Source: a bacterium
GTDB taxonomy: Bacteria > UBA8248
DNA length: 64,000 bases
NCBI GenBank assembly: GCA_965203325.1
Contig: OZ241875.1
Location: 1,568,001 to 1,632,000, forward strand
Direction of reading: 5' to 3'
Below the pieces are notes generated by a model. That model did not search any database. It was given only the letters and a program-made list of their open reading frames with translations, and was not told the origin of the DNA. The position numbers and the translations under genes are program-made. Position 1 is the first letter of the stretch, and every line of letters starts with the position of its first letter. Shown in pieces: positions 20,652-30,907 of the stretch.

Positions 20652-21776
20652 CTAATCCGGCTTGAGCAGGACTTTCAGACATTCTCCCGTTCCGGTGACC
20701 TCGATGCCCGCCTGCACCTGGGAGAGGGGCAGACGGTGGGTGAAGATGTCGTCAATCGGCAGGTCCGTTCTCAGGAGCATGTCCATCGCCGGTTCGAACT
20801 GCACCTGAGGATACGCCCATGAGCCGCAGATGTCCACGTCCTTGTTGCACACTTGGTGGGGCCTGATCTCCACCCCGCCCGGGTCGCCGTAATGACCGAC
20901 TTCGACGAGTTTCCCGCCCCGGCGGACGATGTCCAGCCCCTCGGCGAAGGCCGCGGGAACGCCCGCCGCCTCGACCACCACGTCCGGCCCCACCCCGTCC
21001 GTCCAGGAGAGGATCTGCTCTTTTCTCTCCTCTTGTGTAAGCGCCGCCAGGCTCACCGTCTTCGTGGCGCCGAACTTTTTGGAGAACGCGAGTCTTTCCT
21101 CGGTCATGTCCACCGCGATGATCTCGCCCGCCCCCATCGTCTTGAGAGCGGCCACCACGAGCAGTCCGATAGGGCCCACACCCATGACGGCGCAGCGCGC
21201 CCCCACGCCGAACCCTTCCCCCGCGTAGGGGATGCCTGGCGAAAGCGAGCGGCCCGCCGCCCTCTGGGCCACCGCCAGGGGTTCGCAGAGCGTGGCCCGC
21301 TCGAGCGAGAGACCCTCGGGCAACTTCAACACGAAGGAGTTTCCGGGAATGTACATGTATTCGGAAAACGCCCCGAAAAGGTGCGGCGCCTCGGCGGAGG
21401 TGCGGAAGCCGAACACCGTGCGGTTCGGGCACAACTGGGGCCGGTGCGGCACGTGAATGCAGAACCAGCATTTTCCGCACGCCTGGCTGCCCGGCGTCAC
21501 GGTGATGGCGTCGCCCTCCTTGATGGGGCCGCCCACGACTTTCATGTTCGAATTCGCCTGTGGCCCCAACTTCTCAACGATGCCGCTGAACTCATGGCCC
21601 GGAATGACGGGCCACGCCAGATCCAAGTTGCCCCCGTACATGTGCTTGTCCGAACCACAGACGCCGACGGCGGCCACCCGCATCAAAAGGGCGTCGTCCT
21701 CAATCTCGGGCATGGGATATTCGCGCAGGGCGATTTCGCCCGGCTGTAGAATCGTGGCGGCCTGAACGGTGGACAT
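20652..21776 (-). CDS. Zinc-dependent medium-chain alcohol dehydrogenase
   Basis: GVCGSD, GHEFSG, CGKCWFC..C, GVGPIG. Confidence 0.9.
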   Translation of the reverse strand: MSTVQAATILQPGEIALREYPMPEIEDDALLMRVAAVGVCGSDKHMYGGNLDLAWPVIPGHEFSGIVEKLGPQANSNMKVVGGPIKEGDAITVTPGSQACGKCWFCIHVPHRPQLCPNRTVFGFRTSAEAPHLFGAFSEYMYIPGNSFVLKLPEGLSLERATLCEPLAVAQRAAGRSLSPGIPYAGEGFGVGARCAVMGVGPIGLLVVAALKTMGAGEIIAVDMTEERLAFSKKFGATKTVSLAALTQEERKEQILSWTDGVGPDVVVEAAGVPAAFAEGLDIVRRGGKLVEVGHYGDPGGVEIRPHQVCNKDVDICGSWAYPQVQFEPAMDMLLRTDLPIDDIFTHRLPLSQVQAGIEVTGTGECLKVLLKPD

Positions 21777-21926
21777 CGAATCCGTCTCCTCGAAATAATG
21801 GCTGTACGCTTAAGAAAAATCGGCGTGAGCCTCTCTGGATGTTGTGATGAACGCCACTTTAGCGTATCTCTGATTCGCGCCACAACGAACGCAGTGGAAG
21901 CGAACCCCGAATCTTTTGAGGAGCCC

Positions 21927-22790
21927 ATGCCGCTCGAGAAGACGCTCGCCATCTTCGGCTATCCCCTGGGGCACACGCTCTCGCCCGTCATGCACAACGC
22001 GGCGGCGCAGGCGCTGGGTCTGCCCTACCGCTTCCAGGCGTACGAGGTTCACCCGGACAAGTACGAAGAAGCGGTGCGCGGCGCGGGCGCGATGGGTTTC
22101 GCGGGCTTTTGCGTCACCATCCCCCACAAGGTGGCCACCTTCCGGCTGGTGGACGAGTTGAGCGAGGACGCGAGACTCATGGGCGCGGTGAACATGGTGA
22201 CCTTCGAGGAGGGCGGCACGCTCAAGGGCCACAACACCGACGGCGCGGGCTGGCTGCGCTCCCTGGAAGAGGAAACGGGCGTTTCGCCTGAGGGGAAAAG
22301 GTGCCTCCTTCTCGGCGCGGGCGGGGCCGCGCGGGCCATCGCCATCAAGCTCGCGCAAACAGGGGCGGCGCACGTCGAGATCAGGAACCGCACGGCGGAA
22401 AAAGCGGTGGCGCTGGCGAGCGAGGTGAAATCGCATTTCCCGGAAGTCGAAATACACGGAGACGGCCTGGAGGAGCTTGAATCCGCCGCCAGTGGGCGGG
22501 ATATTATCGTCAACACGACGAGCCTGGGGATGACCGGCGACAAGGCGCGGGAGGCGGCCTGCTGCCTGCCCGAGGAGTTCATACCGCCTGCGAGCATTTG
22601 CGCCGACGCGGTCTACAACCCGCTCGACACCCCGTTCCTGAAAGCCGCCCGCCGGAGAGGCGCGCGCGCCGTCTCGGGGGTCGGCTGGCTTTTGCACCAG
22701 GGCGCCCTGGGCTGGGAGCTTTGGACCGGCACGCAGATGCCGGTCGAGCACGTGCGCGAGAAGATGCTCGAAGCGCTTCGGAACCGATAG
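21927..22790 (+). CDS. aroE: Shikimate dehydrogenase
   Basis: GYPLGHTLSPVMHN, VTIPHK, NTDG, LGAGGAARA, NRT, NTTSLG. Confidence 0.9.
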   Translation: MPLEKTLAIFGYPLGHTLSPVMHNAAAQALGLPYRFQAYEVHPDKYEEAVRGAGAMGFAGFCVTIPHKVATFRLVDELSEDARLMGAVNMVTFEEGGTLKGHNTDGAGWLRSLEEETGVSPEGKRCLLLGAGGAARAIAIKLAQTGAAHVEIRNRTAEKAVALASEVKSHFPEVEIHGDGLEELESAASGRDIIVNTTSLGMTGDKAREAACCLPEEFIPPASICADAVYNPLDTPFLKAARRRGARAVSGVGWLLHQGALGWELWTGTQMPVEHVREKMLEALRNR

Positions 22791-22823
22791 TATCTACATA
22801 AGAAAAGGAGCCAGAGAGATTCC

Positions 22824-24014
22824 ATGAGTATGCCGCTTGAGGGGATTCGCGTCCTCGATCTTTCCAGAATACTGGCGGGGCCGTTCTGCACGATGATGCT
22901 CGGCGACATGGGGGCCGAAGTCATCAAGGTCGAAAACCCCGTCGGTGGAGACGACACACGCGGCTGGCCGCCTTTTTACGAGGGGGGCGAAAGCAGCTAT
23001 TTCCAGTCCGTGAACCGCAACAAGAAAAGCCTCACGCTGAACCTGAAAGCCGATGAAGGAAAAGAGGTTTTAAGAGCGCTCGTCGAGAAATCGGACGTCC
23101 TCATCCAGAATTTCCGGCCCGGCGCCATCGAGCGGCTCGGCTTCGACTGGGATACCTGCCACGCCCTCAACCCCCGGCTCATCTACGCCAGCGTCTCGGG
23201 CTACGGCCAGAGCGGCCCCTCCAAGGAGAGACCCGCCTACGACATTCTCTTACAAGGCGAAGGCGGACTCATGAGCATCACGGGCGCCGAGGCAGGCGGC
23301 GGCTTCAAGACGGGCATCGCCATCGCCGACCTCACCACCGCCATGTTCGCGACCCAGGGGATCCTGCTGGCCATCATCGCCCGCGAGAGGACGGGGGAGG
23401 GCCAATACGTCGACACAGCGATCCAGGACGGGCAGGCCGCGCTGATGAGCCACGCAGCGGGGAACTTCTTCGCCACGGGCACCCCGCCCGGACGCCTCGG
23501 GAACCGCCATCCGAGCATCGCGCCGTACCGCGATTTTCCCTGCTCGGACGGGGAACTCATCGTCGCGGCGGCCAACGACTCCTTGTGGCAGCGCTTCGCC
23601 CGCGCCATCGGCAGGGCAGATCTGGCGGACGACCCCAAATGGGATACGAACGCGGCGCGCGTCTCGGGGCGCGATGAACTCGAAGCCGAGATCGAGGAGA
23701 CCATGCGGGCCAGAACCCGCGCTGAGTGGGCTGAAATCGTATCGGATGCGGGCGTGCCCTGTGGGCCGGTGCGGACGATCGAGGAGTTGTGCGCGGACCC
23801 GCAGATCCATCACCGCGAGATGGTGGTCGAGATGGAGCACGCGAGGACCGGCGCCCTGAAGGTGATGGGAAACCCCATGAAGCTCTCGGACACGCCCGGC
23901 GAACTCCGCCTTCCCCCTCCCCTGCTGGGCGAGCACACCGAAGAAGTTCTCTCGGGCCTGCTCGGCAAGTCGGGCGAGGAGATCGCCGCGCTGAAAGAAA
24001 AGGGCGTCGCCTAG
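22824..24014 (+). CDS. CaiB/BaiF family (class III) CoA transferase
   Basis: LEGIRVLDLSRILAGP, NRNKKS, NFRPG, PPLLGEHT. Confidence 0.92.
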   Translation: MSMPLEGIRVLDLSRILAGPFCTMMLGDMGAEVIKVENPVGGDDTRGWPPFYEGGESSYFQSVNRNKKSLTLNLKADEGKEVLRALVEKSDVLIQNFRPGAIERLGFDWDTCHALNPRLIYASVSGYGQSGPSKERPAYDILLQGEGGLMSITGAEAGGGFKTGIAIADLTTAMFATQGILLAIIARERTGEGQYVDTAIQDGQAALMSHAAGNFFATGTPPGRLGNRHPSIAPYRDFPCSDGELIVAAANDSLWQRFARAIGRADLADDPKWDTNAARVSGRDELEAEIEETMRARTRAEWAEIVSDAGVPCGPVRTIEELCADPQIHHREMVVEMEHARTGALKVMGNPMKLSDTPGELRLPPPLLGEHTEEVLSGLLGKSGEEIAALKEKGVA

Positions 24015-24107
24015 CGTTCATGAGGAGCCAAGCCTTGTCAGACGCGGCCCTCGCCGATAGGATGCGGGAGAAATCGCGGACTTGACTCGAAAATACGGAG
24101 AAACGTC

Positions 24108-25109
24108 CTGAGAACGGTCACGTATTCATTCAACTTCACCCTGCCCATCACGAACTGGTGCGTGAACCACTGCGGCTATTGCAGCTTCCGCAGCAGCGTT
24201 CCCCTCCTGCTCTCCATGGAGGAGTGCGAGCGGCTCGCGAGGGGGGCATTCGAGCAGGGCGTCGTCGAGGCGCTCGTCATGACGGGCGAGGGAATCGACC
24301 GGCACAAGGGCCTCAAGAATCAGCTCAAAGAATGGGGGTATGACTCCTACGCCGCCTATACGGCCGAGGTATGCAGAATGTGCCTCGACGTGGGTCTGCT
24401 GCCCCACGCCAACATCGGCACGCTGGAGGAGTGGGAATACGAGATTCTAAAACCCTACAACGTCTCGATGGGCATGATGATGGAGACCGTCAGCGCAGAA
24501 GCCACACGTATCGCCCACCGGGCGGCGCCGACGAAAACGCCCGAAGTCCGGCTCGCCTCGCTCGAGGCGGCGGGCAAGCTCGGAATCGCGTTCACGACGG
24601 GAATCCTCGTCGGCATCGGGGAATCGCCCCAAGAGCGCGTCGAGACGCTGGAAGCCATCGCCGGGGTGCACAGCCGTTACGGGCACATTCAGGAGATTAT
24701 TTTGCAGCCCTTGAACCCCCAGCCCATGACCCCCATGGCCAGATGGACCCGTCCGCCGGATGAGGATATCGCGGCGCTTATCCCGGAAGTGCAAAGGCTC
24801 ATGCCGGGCGTGCACATCCAGGTGCCGCCGAACCTGGTGGACGATCTGCTCGGCCTCATCATGGCGGGGGCGGACGACATCGGCGGCATTGCGCCGGAAC
24901 CGGATCACATCAACCCGAACCGCGGCTGGCCCAAACTGGGGAATCTCGACCAGTCCCTCCACCAGGAGGACATCGCGCTGCGCCTGCGGATGCCGGTGTA
25001 CGATGAATTCATCGAGGCGGGCTGGTGCCCGCCCGAGACTATGCCCGCGCTCCGCCGGATGCTGGAGCGGCGCGAAGCGCAGGAAGCCCTGCCCGTGGAG
25101 ATCGCATGA
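24108..25109 (+). CDS. cofG: FO synthase subunit CofG (radical SAM); probable CTG start
   Basis: VTYS...TNWCVNHCGYCSF (CxxxCxxC), LPHANIG, FTTGILVGIGE, QVPPNL, DHINP..WP. Confidence 0.88.
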   Translation: MRTVTYSFNFTLPITNWCVNHCGYCSFRSSVPLLLSMEECERLARGAFEQGVVEALVMTGEGIDRHKGLKNQLKEWGYDSYAAYTAEVCRMCLDVGLLPHANIGTLEEWEYEILKPYNVSMGMMMETVSAEATRIAHRAAPTKTPEVRLASLEAAGKLGIAFTTGILVGIGESPQERVETLEAIAGVHSRYGHIQEIILQPLNPQPMTPMARWTRPPDEDIAALIPEVQRLMPGVHIQVPPNLVDDLLGLIMAGADDIGGIAPEPDHINPNRGWPKLGNLDQSLHQEDIALRLRMPVYDEFIEAGWCPPETMPALRRMLERREAQEALPVEIA

Positions 25110-26359
25110 ACGCCCTTTTCGCCCATGAAATTCTGGACGCCTTCGAGACGGGGGAGGAAATCTCGCGCGAGGGCGCGACCGCCCTGCTCGCCGAGCAGGA
25201 TGCGGAGTTCACCGAGCGTCTTTACGCGACGGCGGACGCGGAGAGGAAGAAAACCGTCGGCGATGAGGTGAGCTACGTCATCAACGCGAACGTGAACTTC
25301 ACGAACGTATGCTACACGGACTGCAAATACTGCGGTTTCTGGCGGCGGCCGAACGCGCCTGACGCCTATACGCACGACGACGACGTGCTGCGCGAAAAAT
25401 TCGAGCGCGCCAGGGACTTCGGCGTGCGCGAAATCTGCATGCAGGGGGGGCTGAACCCCCAGATATCGATCGACCGCTACGAGGAAGTGCTCCGGCTCGC
25501 GCGCGAAATCATTCCCGGCGTCCACATGCACGCCTATTCGCCCGCGGAGGTCGACCACATCCAGCGGAAAACCAGGCTGCCCCTCGAAGTGGTGCTCACG
25601 CGGCTCAAGGAAGCGGGTCTCGGCTCCGTCCCCGGAACGGCGGCGGAGATACTCGTGGAGAGGGTGAAGAAGCTCATCAGTCCGGGGAGAATCCCCGTCG
25701 AGAGGTGGTGCGAGATCATCCGGACCGCCCACGCCGTGGGCATCCCGACGACGTCCACCGTCATGTACGGCCACATCGAGAGCAGCTCCGATCTGGCCGA
25801 GCACATGGATATCCTCCGAAAAATGCAGAAAGACTCGCTCCAGACGGACGGAGAGGGCCGGTTCACGGAGTTCGTTCCCCTCCCCTTCATCCCGTACGAC
25901 AACAAGATGGGCGAGGAGTTCGGCATCGAGAAGATGGCGGACCTGGAAACCATCTTCAGGCTCCACGCCGTGGCGCGGCTGTTCTTCCGGGGGACCATCG
26001 CCAACATCCAGGTGGCGTGGCCCAAGATCGGAATCGACGCGGCCCAGAAGGCGCTCTCCCTCGGGGTGAACGACCTGGGCGGGACGCTGATCGAGGAGAA
26101 CATCTCGCGCGAGTCGGGTTCCGAATACGGGCAAAGCCTGAGCCCCAAACAGTTCAACGACGCCATCCTGGGAGCGGGGCGCACTCCCGTTCAGCGCACG
26201 ACCACCTACGACATCATCCGCGAAGACGACCCGCGTTACCGTCACCCCCGCGCGGATGACGAGGCGCTGCTTGGCGCAGGCTTCTCCGGCGGGCAAAAGG
26301 CCGGCGACTTCATCCCGGAAACCCTCTTGGGCGTCTCGAACACCGAGCGCCCCCGCTAA
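25106..26359 (+). CDS. cofH: FO synthase subunit CofH (radical SAM)
   Basis: NFTNVCYTDCKYCGF, PGTAAEIL, MYGHIE, FTEFVPLPF, NDLGGTLIEENISRESG; ATGA overlap with cofG. Confidence 0.9.
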   Translation: MNALFAHEILDAFETGEEISREGATALLAEQDAEFTERLYATADAERKKTVGDEVSYVINANVNFTNVCYTDCKYCGFWRRPNAPDAYTHDDDVLREKFERARDFGVREICMQGGLNPQISIDRYEEVLRLAREIIPGVHMHAYSPAEVDHIQRKTRLPLEVVLTRLKEAGLGSVPGTAAEILVERVKKLISPGRIPVERWCEIIRTAHAVGIPTTSTVMYGHIESSSDLAEHMDILRKMQKDSLQTDGEGRFTEFVPLPFIPYDNKMGEEFGIEKMADLETIFRLHAVARLFFRGTIANIQVAWPKIGIDAAQKALSLGVNDLGGTLIEENISRESGSEYGQSLSPKQFNDAILGAGRTPVQRTTTYDIIREDDPRYRHPRADDEALLGAGFSGGQKAGDFIPETLLGVSNTERPR

Positions 26360-26378
26360 CAGGCCGGAGAAAGAATCC

Positions 26379-27821
26379 TTGAACGAACTTCACCATCACT
26401 CCTTCAAAGACATGATGAACGACGTGGTGGACGCGGGCAGTTGCTGCGAGTGCGGAAGCTGCGTCCTCGTCTGCCCGCACAACGTCATCGAATACATCGA
26501 CGCCAAGCCCAAGCAGACGGCCAAGGCGAAGGCCGACTTCGATTTCTGCGGCATCAGCGTTGGGGTGGGCTGCGACGTATGCGCGTCGGTGTGCCCGAGG
26601 CTCTGGCCGAGGGAGAACCACCTGAAAGACGCCACCTTCGGCGAGACGAGAAGCGAGACGTACGAGGGCATCTTCGGCCCATACCAGCACATCTTCATGG
26701 CGAGGACCAAGCGCGACGACGTGATGGAGCGCGCCCAGGACGGCGGCATCGTCACGGCACTACTCGCATGGGCGCTCGAGGCCGGCGTCATCGACGGGGC
26801 GGTGGTTTCCGCCGTCGGTGAGGACGACCCGCCGTGCGACCCGAGCCCCAAGGTCGCCACGACGTATGAGGAGATTCGCGCGAGCGCAGGCAGCTGGTAC
26901 ACCTACTGCGCGAACAACCTCGCGCTCGAGGAAGTGAAAGAAAGGGATTTGAAGAAAGTTGGCTTCGTGGGCGTTCCCTGCCAGATCACGCCCATTCGCA
27001 AGATGGAGCTCATCGACCCCGCCTTTCTGGTCTCACACAAGAAAAGGCCCCAGCACATCGAGAAACAGCGCGGCTTCCTGAGAGGCTTCTCGGATCGCGT
27101 GGCGTTCCAGATCGGCCTGTTCTGCACGGAGGTCTTCACCTTCGATCTGATGACGGAAAAAATCGAAAAGGACCTCGGCATTCCCCTCACGGACGTGGCG
27201 AAGTTCAACGTGAAGGGCGAGGTGCTCGTCCACAAGAAAGACGGAGAACTCGTCACCTTCTCGCTCCAGGAGGCGATGGAGAACTACCAGCGCCCCGAAT
27301 GCCAGCACTGCGCGGATTTCTCCGCCGAACTCGCGGACATCGCCTGCGGCGGCGTGGGCACGCGGGGGTGGACCATCGTCGTCCTGCGCACCGAGAAGGG
27401 CAAGGAGATCTGGAGCGAATTCGAAAAAGAGGGCCTCGTGGAGATTCAGCCGATACAGGAGAACCGGCGGGCCTGGAACATCCTGCACATCCTGGCAAGA
27501 AGACAGCGCAACCGCGTGCCGACGATGGGAACCAGGAGCGGCACGCCGGAGGGCCTTCCCCAGTACGACCCGTTCGACGGCGCCGGTTTCGCCGCGCAAA
27601 GAATGGTCGACAGCCCCAAGACGCCCGAGGAACTGGAAGAATGCCTCGACACGGCTTACGGGGATGAGGCGCGCCCCGCCGGCGTGCGCGGTTTCCTCGC
27701 GGGCCAGCCGATTCCGGATGACCCGGGAGACCCCCCTCCCGGGGAGAAGCGCAAACTTCCACCGCCCCCGAGCCCGGCCCAGGGCGGCGCGCCGCCGGGC
27801 TGGAAGGTCCAAGAGTCATAA
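26379..27821 (+). CDS. FrhB/FdhB family F420-binding oxidoreductase with N-terminal 2x[4Fe-4S]
   Basis: CCECGSCVLVCP, CDVCASVCPR, AQDGGIVTALL, VGVPCQI, IGLFC, CQHCADFSAELADIACG; TTG start inferred. Confidence 0.85.
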   Translation: MNELHHHSFKDMMNDVVDAGSCCECGSCVLVCPHNVIEYIDAKPKQTAKAKADFDFCGISVGVGCDVCASVCPRLWPRENHLKDATFGETRSETYEGIFGPYQHIFMARTKRDDVMERAQDGGIVTALLAWALEAGVIDGAVVSAVGEDDPPCDPSPKVATTYEEIRASAGSWYTYCANNLALEEVKERDLKKVGFVGVPCQITPIRKMELIDPAFLVSHKKRPQHIEKQRGFLRGFSDRVAFQIGLFCTEVFTFDLMTEKIEKDLGIPLTDVAKFNVKGEVLVHKKDGELVTFSLQEAMENYQRPECQHCADFSAELADIACGGVGTRGWTIVVLRTEKGKEIWSEFEKEGLVEIQPIQENRRAWNILHILARRQRNRVPTMGTRSGTPEGLPQYDPFDGAGFAAQRMVDSPKTPEELEECLDTAYGDEARPAGVRGFLAGQPIPDDPGDPPPGEKRKLPPPPSPAQGGAPPGWKVQES

Positions 27822-27822
27822 G

Positions 27823-28458
27823 TTGGATACCCCCGGACTCACAGATAAAACATCGGCGCTGAGCATTCCTCTCGATGAGGCGCTGCGCAAAAGGCGCTCC
27901 ATCCGGCATTTCACGGCTGAACCCGTCCCGATGGAGATACTGAAAACCGCCCTCGCCGCCGCGTGTCTGGCCCCCAGCCCGCACGGCACGAACCCCTGGC
28001 GGTTTTGCATACTCGATTCCAAAGAGGCGAAAGAAACCCTCGCCGCCGAGATGGGCAAGGACTTTCTGCGCGACATGGAAGCGGAGGGCGTTCCCGAAGA
28101 AGAACGCCGACGCCGCCACCAGGGGAGCATCCGCCTGCTGACAGGTGCGCCCGCCCTCATCATGGCGTCGCTCTCCTTCGCGGATTTAGACGAGTACGAA
28201 GAACCCGCGAAACAGGCCAATGAATACATGATGGCCGAACACAGCCTGGGCGGCGCTCTCCAGAACCTGATGATGGCCCTAGCAGCCCAGGGGGTGGGCT
28301 CCGTGTGGCGCTGCGCTCCCCTGTTCTGCCCCGAGACGGCCCGTAAGGCCCTGGAATTGCCCACCGACTGGGTCCCCAGGGCGCTCATCGTGGCGGGTTA
28401 CCCCTCGCAGCAGCCCGCTCCCAAAGAAACACCCGAGCCGGTGCTGATCGTCCGATGA
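27823..28458 (+). CDS. Nitroreductase, FbiB C-terminal-like (dehydro-F420 reductase candidate)
   Basis: RRSIRHF, APSPHGTNPWRF, GSVWRCAPLFCP, GYP; start position approximate. Confidence 0.82.
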   Translation: MDTPGLTDKTSALSIPLDEALRKRRSIRHFTAEPVPMEILKTALAAACLAPSPHGTNPWRFCILDSKEAKETLAAEMGKDFLRDMEAEGVPEEERRRRHQGSIRLLTGAPALIMASLSFADLDEYEEPAKQANEYMMAEHSLGGALQNLMMALAAQGVGSVWRCAPLFCPETARKALELPTDWVPRALIVAGYPSQQPAPKETPEPVLIVR

Positions 28459-29411
28459 GTTTTTCCGGTCCTGTCGTTGCGCTCGCAGGCGGAGTGGGAG
28501 GCGCCAAGCTCGCCGTCGGTCTCGCCCACGAGCTGCCCGAGGGGGCGCTCACCGTCGTCGTAAACACCGCCGACGACCTGGTGCTGCACGGCCTGCACAT
28601 CAGCCCGGACATCGACACCGTGATGTACAACCTCGCGGGCATGTCCAATCCCGAGACGGGCTGGGGCATCGACGGCGACGGGACGAGTGCGCTCGATCTG
28701 CTGGGGCGCTACGGGGGGCCGACCTGGTTCCGGCTCGGCGACAAGGATCTCGCGACCCACATTCGCCGAACCCAGCGTCTGGCCGAGGGCGCGCGCCTGA
28801 CGGAAGTGACGCGCGAGCTCGCCGCCTCCCTGGGCATTAAAGCGAACATATTGCCCATGACGGATTCTTCCATCGCCACGCGCGTGAAGACGCCCGAGGG
28901 CGAACTCGAGTTTCAGGATTACTTCGTGGCCAGGGGAACGAGGCCGAGCGTGTGCGGCGTGCGCTTTCAGGGAGCGGATGAGGCGCGTGCCACGCCCGAG
29001 GTCATGCGCGCGTTCGATGAGGCGAGCGCCATCGTTTTTTGCCCGTCCAATCCGATTGTGAGCATCGGCCCCATTCTCGCGATCTCGGACATCTATGAGA
29101 GGCTCCGCAGTGCGTCCACGCCGCGCGTGGGGGTCAGCCCCATCGTCGGGGGCGCGGCCTTGAGAGGACCCGCCGCCGAGATGCTGAAAAGCCTGGGGCA
29201 TGAGGTGTCGGCTCTGGGCGTCGCCCGGATTCTCGAAGACGTGCTCGACGGGTTCGTCGTGGACACCGAGGATGAGGCGCTGGTTTCACCCATCGAAGAG
29301 ATGGGGCTTCGGAGCATCGCGCTGCCCAGCATCATGACCGACGTTGATTCCAAGAAAAAACTTGCGCAAGGCGTTTTGGCGTTCGCCTCATCGGTGCAAA
29401 AGATGGCATAA
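28455..29411 (+). CDS. cofD: 2-phospho-L-lactate/PEP transferase (F420-0 synthesis)
   Basis: LAGGVGGAKL, NTADD, SPDIDTV, WFRLGDKDLATH, FQDYFV, PSNPIVSIGPI. Confidence 0.93.
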   Translation: MSFSGPVVALAGGVGGAKLAVGLAHELPEGALTVVVNTADDLVLHGLHISPDIDTVMYNLAGMSNPETGWGIDGDGTSALDLLGRYGGPTWFRLGDKDLATHIRRTQRLAEGARLTEVTRELAASLGIKANILPMTDSSIATRVKTPEGELEFQDYFVARGTRPSVCGVRFQGADEARATPEVMRAFDEASAIVFCPSNPIVSIGPILAISDIYERLRSASTPRVGVSPIVGGAALRGPAAEMLKSLGHEVSALGVARILEDVLDGFVVDTEDEALVSPIEEMGLRSIALPSIMTDVDSKKKLAQGVLAFASSVQKMA

Positions 29412-29447
29412 GAAGTTTCAGGTATACTCAAAATAATTTATCTCTTT

Positions 29448-30119
29448 ATGACCCCGGGAAGGATGATGAGTCTTTCGAGCCACTGCGTCGCCCTGATACC
29501 GGTTCGCGATTTCAGAACCGGAAAATCGAGGCTCGCGCAGACCCTGGATGAAAACGCCAGAAACGAATTGGGCCGCTGGATGCTCGAACGCGTCCTGAAG
29601 GCGGTCGGCGCTGCGGAACGGGTCGACGAGATCGCGGTGCTGAGCGATTCCGCGGAAGTCCTGACGCTCGCCGGTGAATACGGCGCGGTGGGCTTGCTCC
29701 ACGAATCAGGCGGCCTGAACCACGATCTGGAAATCGGCCGCTCCTGGGCGAGGGGGAGAAACGCCCGTTCCTTGTTGATCGTCCACGGAGATTTGCCGTT
29801 TCTGACGACGGAAGAAGTGAATGATCTTCTCCAGGGACTCGAACCATCAAAAAACTCCGGGCGCGAGGTGCGCATCGCCCGCTCGAAGGACGGCGGCACG
29901 ACCGGGCTGTCCATTCAGCCGATCGACGCGATTCCCTTCTCCTTCGGCGAGCGGAGCTTCGAGAAGCACCGCGCCGCAGCGAGGAAATACGGCTGCGAGG
30001 CGCAATCCTGTGAATCGTTCGGATTCGCGCACGACATCGACTCGCCCGAAGACCTCGAATTCCTGCTCTCCCGCGAAAAAGAAGCGCCCGCGTGGCTCGC
30101 TTCCGCTCCCATGAGATGA
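29448..30119 (+). CDS. cofC: 2-phospho-L-lactate/PEP guanylyltransferase
   Basis: IPVR..GKSRLA, GLN, GDLP, DGGT, SFEKH, DIDSPEDL. Confidence 0.9.
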   Translation: MTPGRMMSLSSHCVALIPVRDFRTGKSRLAQTLDENARNELGRWMLERVLKAVGAAERVDEIAVLSDSAEVLTLAGEYGAVGLLHESGGLNHDLEIGRSWARGRNARSLLIVHGDLPFLTTEEVNDLLQGLEPSKNSGREVRIARSKDGGTTGLSIQPIDAIPFSFGERSFEKHRAAARKYGCEAQSCESFGFAHDIDSPEDLEFLLSREKEAPAWLASAPMR

Positions 30120-30877
30120 ACAACGTCGAAATCATCCCCGTCACCGGTTTGCCGGAAATCAAGGAGGGCGACGCGCTCGCCCCCCTGATCCTGGAAGCGA
30201 TTGAGACGGGCGGCATGAGGATCCGGGATCGGGACGTCCTCGTCCTCGCGCAAAAAATCGTCAGCAAGGCCGAAGGCAGGGTTCTGGATTTGAAAAGCGT
30301 CGAGCCGTCCCCCGAAGCGATCGATATCGCGAACCGCGACGGGCGCGACCCGAGGCTCGTGGAGGCGGTGCTCAGAGAATCGAACGAGATCGTCGTTGCG
30401 TCTGAGCGCGCGCTCATCGTGGAGCACCGCACGGGCGCGGTATGCGCCCACGCAGGCATCGATCGCTCAAACGTCGGGGGGGATGAAGACCACGTGCTGC
30501 TTCTGCCTCAGGACGCCGACGCTTCCGCCCGGAAATTTCATGATGAGATCAAGCGCACAACGGGTATGTTCGTTCCCGTCCTCATCGTCGACACGCAGGG
30601 ACGCGCCTTTCGCCGGGGTGTCGTCGGCGTGGCGATAGGGTGCGCCGGCCTGGAGCCCCTGGTGGACTTGAGGGGCGAGAAAGACCGCAGCGGCCGAATG
30701 CTTGAAATCACCGTACTCGCCCATGCGGATGAAATCGCGGCGGCGGCGAGCCTGGTGATGGGCCAGGACAAGCAGGGCGTTCCCGCCGTCCTGATTCGCG
30801 GGCTTGAGTATCACGGGGGAAACGCCCCCGCGCGCACGCTCTACCGCACGAAAGAAGAAGACTTGTTTCGCCCATGA
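30116..30877 (+). CDS. cofE: Coenzyme F420-0:L-glutamate ligase
   Basis: GLPEIKEGD, KIVSKAEGR, AGIDRSN, DTQGRAFRRG, ADEIAAAASLVMG. Confidence 0.93.
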   Translation: MNNVEIIPVTGLPEIKEGDALAPLILEAIETGGMRIRDRDVLVLAQKIVSKAEGRVLDLKSVEPSPEAIDIANRDGRDPRLVEAVLRESNEIVVASERALIVEHRTGAVCAHAGIDRSNVGGDEDHVLLLPQDADASARKFHDEIKRTTGMFVPVLIVDTQGRAFRRGVVGVAIGCAGLEPLVDLRGEKDRSGRMLEITVLAHADEIAAAASLVMGQDKQGVPAVLIRGLEYHGGNAPARTLYRTKEEDLFRP

Positions 30878-30907
30878 AACCAGGACTTTTCATATAAGGA
30901 TGCGCCC

